Positions 10,725 to 18,224 of a stretch of DNA of 21,602 nt are shown here, in pieces (within the stretch, counting starts at the first letter, position 1; each line of letters opens with the position of its first letter). A program made the translations under genes and the position numbers. The stretch is from an uncultured cyanobacterium. Its GTDB lineage: Bacteria; Cyanobacteriota; Cyanobacteriia; Leptolyngbyales; Leptolyngbyaceae. The notes under the pieces are model-generated. The model made no database searches. It saw only the letters and a program-made list of their open reading frames with translations, and was not told the origin of the DNA. The DNA lies in contig CAVYAN010000062.1 of NCBI GenBank assembly GCA_963766075.1, positions 1-21,602 on the forward strand, written 5' to 3'.

Positions 10725-10757
10725 CCTCACAAGATCCTCAACTGGTTTGCCTATAGT
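10725..10757 (+). promoter_or_regulatory. Conserved promoter element, copy 3 (CCTCACAAGATCCTCAAC-TGGTTTGCC-TATAGT), upstream of hsp20 copy A
   Basis: Ungapped match to copies 1 and 2; near-consensus -10 box TATAGT. Confidence 0.7.
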
Positions 10758-10859
10758 AAAGCTGGAGTCAAGGAAGCCCATACACAGGTACGCTACACCG
10801 GGAACGCTACACCATGGCTCTCATCCCAAATCCCAATCATTCTCCAAGGAGGACGTGTT

Positions 10860-11314
10860 ATGTCGCTGATTCGTTGGCAACCGATGCAAGAATTAGATGT
10901 GCTCCGTCGGCAAATGGATCAACTGTTTGAAGGATTGACAGTCCGCGATTTCCCGGCGCTGTCAATGAATGGTGAAACGAAATGGATCCGGCGATCGAGA
11001 TCCAAGAAACCGATACCGAGGTCATTCTGAAAGCCCAAATTCCTGGTATCGCAGCTAAGGATTTGGACGTGCAAGTGAGTCCCGATACGGTGATGTTGAA
11101 AGGTGAATATCAGCAAGAAACCAAGACCGAGGAAAAAGGTTTCTCGCGTTCGGAATTCCACTATGGGCACTTTGCCCGCACCGTCCCCCTGCCGGCCCTC
11201 GTGCAACATGAGCAAGTGAAATCCAGCTTCAAGAATGGCGTTCTGACGTTGACCCTGCCCAAAGAAACCGAGGTGCCGCGCAAAGTCGTTAAAGTGGATT
11301 TGACGCAGCAATAG
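10860..11314 (+). CDS. hspA: Hsp20/alpha-crystallin small heat-shock protein, copy A (1-bp deletion near 10987 relative to copy B)
   Basis: AAGGAGG SD, ATG 10860 MSLIRWQPMQELD; tggatccgg here versus tggatgccgg in copy B; alpha-crystallin motifs SEFHYGHFARTVPLP and FKNGVLTLTLPK. Confidence 0.9.
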
Positions 11315-11354
11315 GAGTTCGCGGTGCCGCCGGACTGACTAGACTGGTGGCACC

Positions 11355-11385
11355 ACCACTAGATGTCTAGTAGATATTTAGTGGT
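11355..11385 (+). terminator. Hairpin downstream of hsp20 copy A, abutting the IS5 end
   Basis: ACCACTAGATGTCT-AGT-AGATATTTAGTGGT imperfect inverted repeat; no U-tract remains. Confidence 0.4.
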
Positions 11386-11387
11386 AA

Positions 11388-12017
11388 GAGCCTATCCGGA
11401 AACCTCGGATTTTAAGAGAAGCTTAGTATAAGGAGCTTTTGGAGACTGAGCAGGTATGAACTTCACAGAAATCGACCCCCGATTCTTGTGTCGAGATGAA
11501 GTTTGGGAGTGTGTCAAAAGTGTGCTTCCACCAGAGCGTCCTAAACCCAGAGGCGGACGACCTCGGATGGCAGACCGAGACGCTTTGAATGGGATTTTTT
11601 ATGTGCTGCGAACCGGCATTCAATGGAAGGCATTACCTCGGTGTTTGGGTGCAGCCAGTACCGTGCATGACCGCTACCAAGAATGGGTGGACCAAGGGGT
11701 ATTTGAGCACATGTGGGAAGTAGGGTTGAACGAGTATGCAGAGAAAGTCGGGATTGAATGGGAATGGAGCGCGATGGACGGAGCAATGGTGAAGGCTCCG
11801 TTGGGGGGAAAAAGCAACGGGTCCCAACCCAACTGACAGAGCCAAGTCTGGCACCAAACGGAGTATGTTGACTGATGGTCGGGGAGTGCCGCTGGGAGTT
11901 GCCCTGGAAGGGGCCAATCGTCATGATATGAAGATGACAGAAGCAACGCTAGAGAGTCAGCGCATTGTCCCCCCAGATACTGATGAAAAGTGCCGACGAA
12001 ATCTCTGTTTAGACAAA
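11388..12017 (+). mobile_element. IS5-family element (two-ORF, frameshift type), 3'-truncated copy
   Basis: Left TIR GAGCCTATCCGGAAAC after TAA; orfA 11456..11836 (GGRPR..D..LNGIFYVLRTGIQWKALP); GGGGGGAAAAAGC slippery site 11803-11815; orfB cut at ..CLDK by the next IS. Confidence 0.92.
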
Positions 12018-13019
12018 AGAGTTGTCGGGAAATAAAAGTTGAGTGAGGCAATGTTGCTCTCCAAGGCATTGTTTTTCAAGCAGCGAGCAGGTAGAAGTTC
12101 CATAAACCTGCGGCTGTAAGCATCAAGTGGTCATCAAAATCTTCAGTGCGATTGCGATAAATCATACTGACGGCGTTGTAACGCTTGACTCCAGCAAACG
12201 CATTTTCACAAACCACTCGCGATTGGCTCAAGGTGCGATTCTCTTGCTTTTGTCGGTCACTCAACTCGCCTCCTCTCGGTTTTTTGTGGGGTAGATGGAT
12301 GTTGTCATACTCTTTTTGCAAGCCTAAAAAGCCTAAATCGACTTCAATGGGAATCGCGTCTGGCACGCTCCCAGCGATGTCCTCTTCATCATGAAAGCGT
12401 TTGTCATGCAGTTTGCCTTCGCGGGCTTTGCTCAAAACCAGCACCCGTTTGGTTTCATCAACCGCTGCGAGATGCTTACGGGTATGGCGTTTCTTTTTGC
12501 CTGAGTAATTGGCTTGCTGCGCTTCCGGGTCTTGAGGACGGGCGATGGGGCGTTCGGTCCCATCAATCATCACCCGCTTCACCCCTGGAAAGCGCTGTAA
12601 AAAGGACTCTAGGCTGTCGAGCTTGCGCTCTGGTAACACCATCTTTTGACCCAAGCTGGCTTCGAGAATCGGCTGTAGACGATGCATCCACTCATGGGCT
12701 TGAGAGCGGTGGAGGTCGAAAATCAGTCCCGCCAAGTCAAAGGTGGGATAGCACTTAAAGTAAAACAGGATGAAAAACAGTTTCGCTTGGGTCGTGAGCA
12801 AGCGAGCTTTACGTCCACCACCGACAGCGCGTTGACGCGCTTGAGTTTGTCGGGTTTGTTCGTAAACGGGACTAAAGGTTTCTAGGAGCACATCAAATGC
12901 TTTGCGGTTCAAGCCAGTCAGTGCTCGCAGCAAGCGGTCTTGGTTCAGGGCCCGTTCAATATCCAGCATCTTCCTGTCCTATCACTGCTGTCTATTCTCT
13001 CTTATTTACCGACAAGTCT
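12018..13019 (-). mobile_element. Intact IS5-family (ISL2/IS702-like) insertion sequence, about 1002 bp, no target-site duplication
   Basis: TIRs AGAGTTGTCGGGAAATAA and (reverse complement) AGACTTGTCGGTAAATAA, 16/18 identical; flanks AAA versus ATT. Confidence 0.88.
12076..12969 (-). CDS. DDE transposase (HTH_Tnp_4 + DDE_Tnp_4 type)
   Basis: 297 aa; LTGLNRKAF, IDGTERPIARP....Q..NYSGKKKRHT, VDLGFLG, RVVCENAFAGVKRY. Confidence 0.92.
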   Translation of the reverse strand: MLDIERALNQDRLLRALTGLNRKAFDVLLETFSPVYEQTRQTQARQRAVGGGRKARLLTTQAKLFFILFYFKCYPTFDLAGLIFDLHRSQAHEWMHRLQPILEASLGQKMVLPERKLDSLESFLQRFPGVKRVMIDGTERPIARPQDPEAQQANYSGKKKRHTRKHLAAVDETKRVLVLSKAREGKLHDKRFHDEEDIAGSVPDAIPIEVDLGFLGLQKEYDNIHLPHKKPRGGELSDRQKQENRTLSQSRVVCENAFAGVKRYNAVSMIYRNRTEDFDDHLMLTAAGLWNFYLLAA

Positions 13020-13021
13020 AT

Positions 13022-14068
13022 TCAACAAATTCTGGGTAATTGCTCACCACTCAACAGATCGAGCATCCGAGTGGTACCGAACTGACCATTGAGAATGACG
13101 GTAGGTGTCGTAGATTCTATGACTTTGCCAATCACGCAAGCGGTTGTCGCTTCTCCACGCTCACCTTGGGCGGTTCGCAAGATGGTAAGTACGGATTCCA
13201 CCTCTTCTGGGGCGACAAAGGCCACAAATCGCCCCTCATTGGCAATGTACAGTGGGTCAAGACCCAGCAATTCACAAGCGCCCTGCACCTCTTCTAAAAC
13301 CGGGATGGCAGGCTCTGTGATCGCCAGCGTCAGGTGGGTTGCCGCTACGATCTCATTGAGCGTACTGGCTAAGCCGCCGCGAGTCAGATCCCGCAGGCAG
13401 TGGATTTTAATCCCCGCTTGGAGTAATACGTCCACGATCGCAGCCAGGGGGGCAGAATCACTGGTAATCGTGGTTTGAAATGTCAGTCCTGCCCGGCTCG
13501 CCATGACGGCAATGCCATGTCGGCCTAAATCCCCATTGAGGAGAATGACATCCCCAACTTGAATGGCACTAGGGGCAATATGCACCGAATGTTCGAGAAT
13601 GCCAACCCCAGATGTATTGATAAAGATACCATCCCCTTTGCCACGATCGACGACCTTGGTATCTCCGGTCACGATTTGCACTTGAGCCAAATCAGCGGCA
13701 GCCTTGATCGACTGCACTACCCGCCATAGGGTTTCCATCGGCAAGCCTTCTTCTAAAATCAACCCCAGACTGAGGTAAAGCGGGCGGGCTCCAGCCATGG
13801 CTAGGTCATTTACGGTGCCATTCACCGCCAGGGAACCAATGTCACCACCGGGGAAAAACAGCGGATTGACCACATAGGAATCAGTTGTGAAGGCAATGCG
13901 ATTGCCCGGTAGGTTCAGTACCGCCGCATCATGGGGTTCGCGATCGGGGGAGCCAAAGACGGCCAAAAACATCGTCTCGATCAATTGGTGCATCAACCGT
14001 CCGCCGCCGCCATGGGCCATGAGAACGGTGGGATAGTGCTGGAGCATAATCGGACAGGCAAAGGTCAT
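13022..14068 (-). CDS. hypE: [NiFe]-hydrogenase maturation protein HypE (carbamoyl dehydratase)
   Basis: [56 protein letters not shown] and the C-terminal GEQLPRIC. Confidence 0.97.
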   Translation of the reverse strand: MTFACPIMLQHYPTVLMAHGGGGRLMHQLIETMFLAVFGSPDREPHDAAVLNLPGNRIAFTTDSYVVNPLFFPGGDIGSLAVNGTVNDLAMAGARPLYLSLGLILEEGLPMETLWRVVQSIKAAADLAQVQIVTGDTKVVDRGKGDGIFINTSGVGILEHSVHIAPSAIQVGDVILLNGDLGRHGIAVMASRAGLTFQTTITSDSAPLAAIVDVLLQAGIKIHCLRDLTRGGLASTLNEIVAATHLTLAITEPAIPVLEEVQGACELLGLDPLYIANEGRFVAFVAPEEVESVLTILRTAQGERGEATTACVIGKVIESTTPTVILNGQFGTTRMLDLLSGEQLPRIC

Positions 14069-14072
14069 CAGT

Positions 14073-15269
14073 TTAATCTCCCAAACAAATTCCCAAGGAT
14101 CGGGCGGTGTGTATCATGCTGCCCTGCGGATCGACGGGGAAAGCACAAGGGCGTTGGCGGGTGGCTTTCTCTGCCTTAATCCGGGCCATGACCTTGGCTA
14201 ACGGTTTGAGGTGGGTTTGGCCACCCTCCCAGGCCACCATGTACTGATAGGGGGGCTGACTTTGGGCGATCGCGTCCACTGCTTTGACCCCAAAGGACAC
14301 GGCCAATAAGCGATCGAGGGTTGACGGGGGGCTACTGCGCTGGATGTGCCCCAATACCGATACCCTAACTTCAACATCTTCGTGCAGGCCGCAAAAATCT
14401 GACTGCTGCGGATCGCAATGGGTGCGCGCGTAATACTCCAACTGCTGTTTGAGGTGGTCTCCGATCGACACTTTCCCATCAGACGCAGCAGTGGGAGTCG
14501 GCCCAATCCCTTCTGCCACCACCACCAACGCAAAGTTACGTTTCTCTTGACGAATCTGAGCCACTTTATGGCACACATGGGTCACGACCGATTCAGTCAA
14601 GTAGGGGACGAGTTCCGGAATCAAAATGACATCGGCTCCCCCCGCAATTCCGGACTGGAGCGCCAAGTGTCCGGCATCACGGCCCATCACTTCCACGATC
14701 ATCACTCGATCGTGACTCGCAGCGGTAAAACTCAGGTTATGCAGGGCTGAAGCGACGGTCTCGACGGCGGTGTCAAAGCCTACCAAGCGTTCTGTCATTG
14801 GTACGTCATTGTCGATAGTTTTCGGCACAGCGACCAGATTCCATCCCCCTACTTGGGCTAAATCGGCAATGATCTCTAAACTGCCATCCCCGCCGATCGC
14901 AATTAGGGCATCCAAGCCCAAGCAGCGATAGCCCTGAAGAATTTTTTCCGGTTCTCCGAGTCCCGCTCGCTTCTTCCCACGGCACCCGAGAACGCTGCCA
15001 CTCAGAAACAGCAACACATTAATACCCTTTTGGCCCGGAATATCAAAGGAGTGTTCGTAAAGTTCCAAATCCTCGATTTGGCAGACGCCATTCGCAACAT
15101 CGATAAATCCATCGGTGCCGTTGGGAATGCCATAGACCTGCCAGTGTTTAGCGGCGCGGGCATATTTCACCACGGCATAAATCACGGCATTTAACCCTGG
15201 GCAATCCCCGCCGCTAGTGAGAATGCCAATTTTCTGGGGTACAACGGTCCCGTCAGTCATGAATATCAT
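14073..15269 (-). CDS. pfkA: 6-phosphofructokinase, PfkA family (cyanobacterial/group III type)
   Basis: [45 protein letters not shown] and VLGHIQR; start could be 15269 or 15260. Confidence 0.95.
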   Translation of the reverse strand: MIFMTDGTVVPQKIGILTSGGDCPGLNAVIYAVVKYARAAKHWQVYGIPNGTDGFIDVANGVCQIEDLELYEHSFDIPGQKGINVLLFLSGSVLGCRGKKRAGLGEPEKILQGYRCLGLDALIAIGGDGSLEIIADLAQVGGWNLVAVPKTIDNDVPMTERLVGFDTAVETVASALHNLSFTAASHDRVMIVEVMGRDAGHLALQSGIAGGADVILIPELVPYLTESVVTHVCHKVAQIRQEKRNFALVVVAEGIGPTPTAASDGKVSIGDHLKQQLEYYARTHCDPQQSDFCGLHEDVEVRVSVLGHIQRSSPPSTLDRLLAVSFGVKAVDAIAQSQPPYQYMVAWEGGQTHLKPLAKVMARIKAEKATRQRPCAFPVDPQGSMIHTARSLGICLGD

Positions 15270-15519
15270 CGTGAATGATGAGCCGATTAATTCTATCGCT
15301 TCAACTTCCCCGAAAATATAACAAAAGGTTTCCGACCCATGCCCCTAGTACTCTGCGGCGGAGATTCACCTGCCATCCAATAGCACTCACGATCGTGCTG
15401 TCAGCAGTCTGCCATTTTCTAAGGGTTGGTGTATTTAAGCCACAGCCTACTGGAGGGATTGTCACGAATTTTTCGCAGATAACCAGAGAATAAAAATGGA
15501 CTGGCGCTGCATAAGGGTT

Positions 15520-15862
15520 TCAAAAAGCCCCTACGCGGAGCACGAATAATTCAAAACACTCACGATTTTGCCTCGCGGTCAGGCCGAGCACCACGCCCCA
15601 CTGGACATTAAACAGCGAGATCAACCTGAGCACCTGCAGCAAAACTCGCCGAAAGCCGGTCCGAAGGTATCGGTTGGTCGGGCCGTTCCAGGTATGCCCA
15701 CAATTCGGTTTGGTGCCGTTTAGCCAAGGTTGCCATCGCGGAATACCCCGAGCGGCCACTCATGATCGCCATCACAACGATGAGTAAAACCATCCCCAAG
15801 GGGTAGTCAACGGGGCCGGTCCGATCATCTTTGATCCCTTTGAGATGACTGACCAAACTCAT
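15520..15862 (-). pseudogene. ISAs1-family transposase remnant, frameshifted and internally deleted
   Basis: MSLVSHLKGIKD.R....YPL..VLLIVVMAIMSG..GY.A...AKRH...L..IPS, then FRRVL and ISLFNVQWGVVLG in another frame. Confidence 0.72.
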
Positions 15863-15948
15863 CGCTAACTCCCCTCCTCAATGTAGATCATGGGTTGAGA
15901 ACGACGAAACCGATGAGTTGCCATGGGTGATCCTCCAATCGGTATTTA

Positions 15949-16850
15949 GAGCCTATCCGAAAACTTGAACAGCCCGCACTGCAATGGTTGCAAAGGATAG
16001 ATGAATCATTGCCAGGTAATTCTCAGGCTTCTTCTCCCAGCGTATTAATAACCGTCGAAATTGGTTCATCCAAGCATGAGTCCGTTCCACCACCCAGCGC
16101 CTTGCTCTGTAATTGGGAAGGTCCTGTCATGAATCATGCGCTTACTCTCATCCCTCGGAGGAATATGCCCCACATCTCCCCAAGCTCTGACAAGTTGTCG
16201 CACTTCTTCATAGTCGTATCCTTTGTCTAAACAGAGATTTCGTCGGCACTTTTCATCAGTATCTGGGGGGACAATGCGCTGACTCTCTAGCGTTGCTTCT
16301 GTCATCTTCATATCATGACGATTGGCCCCTTCCAGGGCAACTCCCAGCGGCACTCCCCGACCATCAGTCAACATACTCCGTTTGGTGCCAGACTTGGCTC
16401 TGTCAGTTGGGTTGGGACCCGTTGCTTTTTCCCCCCAACGGAGCCTTCACCATTGCTCCGTCCATCGCGCTCCATTCCCATTCAATCCCGACTTTCTCTG
16501 CATACTCGTTCAACCCTACTTCCCACATGTGCTCAAATACCCCTTGGTCCACCCATTCTTGGTAGCGGTCATGCACGGTACTGGCTGCACCCAAACACCG
16601 AGGTAATGCCTTCCATTGAATGCCGGTTCGCAGCACATAAAAAATCCCATTCAAAGCGTCTCGGTCTGCCATCCGAGGTCGTCCGCCTCTGGGTTTAGGA
16701 CGCTCTGGTGGAAGCACACTTTTGACACACTCCCAAACTTCATCTCGACACAAGAATCGGGGGTCGATTTCTGTGAAGTTCATACCTGCTCAGTCTCCAA
16801 AAGCTCCTTATACTAAGCTTCTCTTAGATCCGAGGTTTCCGGATAGGCTC
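15949..16850 (-). mobile_element. Full-length IS5-family element (902 bp) with TTA target duplication
   Basis: TIRs GAGCCTATCCGAAAAC (15949) and GTTTCCGGATAGGCTC (ends 16850), 15/16 identical; TTA at both 15946-15948 and 16851-16853. Confidence 0.93.
15953..16783 (-). CDS. IS5 transposase orfA/orfB with a probable programmed -1 frameshift (16424-16436) and an extra disruption near 16125-16135
   Basis: orfA 16403..16783; orfB ..LTDGRGVPL..GANRHD..CLDKGYD; the C-terminal RARRWVVERTHAWMNQFRRLLIRWEKKPENY..VFG-stop is in a third frame and ends inside the TIR. Confidence 0.88.
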
Positions 16851-16852
16851 TT

Positions 16853-16883
16853 ACCACTAGATATGTACTAGACATCTAGTGGT
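16853..16883 (-). terminator. Hairpin downstream of hsp20 copy B (ACCACTAGAT-N11-ATCTAGTGGT)
   Basis: Perfect 10-bp arms about 40 nt after the hsp20 stop; the IS5 sits at its base. Confidence 0.4.
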
Positions 16884-16923
16884 GGTGCCACCAGTCTAGT
16901 CAGTCCGGCGGCACCGCGAACTC

Positions 16924-17379
16924 CTATTGCTGCGTCAAATCCACTTTAACGACTTTGCGCGGCACCTCGGTCTCTTTGGGCAGGGTCAACGTCAGAACGC
17001 CATCCTTGAAGCTGGATTTCACTTGCTCATGTTGCACGAGGGCCGGCAGGGGGACGGTGCGGGCAAAGTGCCCATAGTGGAATTCCGAACGCGAGAAACC
17101 TTTTTCCTCGGTCTTGGTTTCTTGCTGATATTCACCTTTCAACATCACCGTATCGGGACTCACTTGCACGTCCAAATCCTTAGCTGCGATACCAGGAATT
17201 TGGGCTTTCAGAATGACCTCGGTATCGGTTTCTTGGATCTCAATCGCCGGCATCCATTTCGTTTCGCCATTCATTGACAGCGCCGGGAAATCGCGGACTG
17301 TCAATCCTTCAAACAATTGATCCATTTGCCGACGGAGCACATCTAATTCTTGCATCGGTTGCCAACGAATCAGCGACAT
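16924..17379 (-). CDS. hspA: Hsp20/alpha-crystallin small heat-shock protein, copy B (intact, 151 aa)
   Basis: MSLIRWQPMQELDVLRRQMDQLF..WMPAIEIQET..FSRSEFHYGHFARTVPLP..GVLTLTLPK..KVVKVDL. Confidence 0.95.
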   Translation of the reverse strand: MSLIRWQPMQELDVLRRQMDQLFEGLTVRDFPALSMNGETKWMPAIEIQETDTEVILKAQIPGIAAKDLDVQVSPDTVMLKGEYQQETKTEEKGFSRSEFHYGHFARTVPLPALVQHEQVKSSFKDGVLTLTLPKETEVPRKVVKVDLTQQ

Positions 17380-17481
17380 AACACGTCCTCCTTGGAGAAT
17401 GATTGGGATTTGGGATGAGAGCCATGGTGTAGCGTTCCCGGTGTAGCGTACCTGTGTATGGGCTTCCTTGACTCCAGCTTT

Positions 17482-17514
17482 ACTATAGGCAAACCAGTTG
17501 AGGATCTTGTGAGG
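17482..17514 (-). promoter_or_regulatory. Mirror copy of conserved promoter element 3, upstream of hsp20 copy B
   Basis: actataggcaaaccagttgaggatcttgtgagg is the reverse complement of 10725..10757. Confidence 0.7.
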
Positions 17515-17522
17515 ATGCAGCG

Positions 17523-18041
17523 ATTAACTTGGTAATAGAAAAGATAGGTATAATGGGAAATTAGAGGAATAAGGAGGTTGATATGGATACCCCTGATGCT
17601 CAACACCTCATGATAGAGACCCAAGATTACCTTCGACAACAAGCAATTCGACTGCGGCAACAAGGGAAGCGCATCAACAATATCAGCGAGTACCTTGGGG
17701 TGCACCGGAATACGGTTACTGATTGGTGGTGGCAATATGAACACCATGGCGAGTCCACGCTGCATCAACTCAAGCGGGGACTCGCGACGGGCGAAGGCCG
17801 GATCCTGAGTCCGATGGATGAAGCGGATGTGCAGGCGGCGATGAGTGGACATGTTCCGGAGGATTATGAGATTGACAGTGTGCTGTAGACCCGCTCAGCG
17901 GTGCAGGCCTTGATTGAACAATTATGTGGGGTCAAGCTACCGATTCGGAGCGTGGGAGAATATCTCAAACGCTGGCGATATAGCCCTCAAAGACCAACCG
18001 AGCGGGCCTATGAACAGGATCCGGATGCGGTGACGCAATAG
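17523..18041 (+). mobile_element. IS630-family transposase remnant, copy B
   Basis: Mirror of 10198..10716; TATAAT at 17549-17554 and AAGGAGG before ATG 17583; same internal TAG at 17886-17888. Confidence 0.85.
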
Positions 18042-18224
18042 CGATGTGAAACAGGGTGTGCATGATCAACTGCCCTGCCGAAACCTGCATCAACTCAAAC
18101 AGTGATTGATGTCTCACCTGTGGAAATTGCAGAAATCATCGGACCGCGTTAGCAGTTATTTTCAGCATCCTGAAATTGCTTATGCCGCGTTGTAAAATGC
18201 ATTCTATTTAATTGTCGAGTTAAT

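Larger units (their letters stand above)
6641..12017. repeat. Left arm of a large inverted duplication (reverse complement of 16222..21602)
   Basis: Mirror ORFs throughout (10351..10656/17583..17888, 11456..11836/16403..16783, FHA starts 10014/18225; coordinate sums about 28239). The window end ..accgacatactt matches aagtatgtcggt at 6641. Confidence 0.97.

Noticed and set aside
10387..10869. 160-aa plus-strand ORF (mirror 17370..17852)
   Set aside because: Antisense to the IS630 remnant and crosses the hsp20 promoter; no recognisable protein features.
15430..15466. CGTGACAATCCCTCCAG upstream of pfkA (minus strand) as a fourth promoter element
   Set aside because: Several mismatches and wrong half-site spacing; not supportable without a weight-matrix scan.
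15275..15493. 72-aa plus-strand ORF upstream of pfkA
   Set aside because: No motif or SD; occupies the probable pfkA promoter region.
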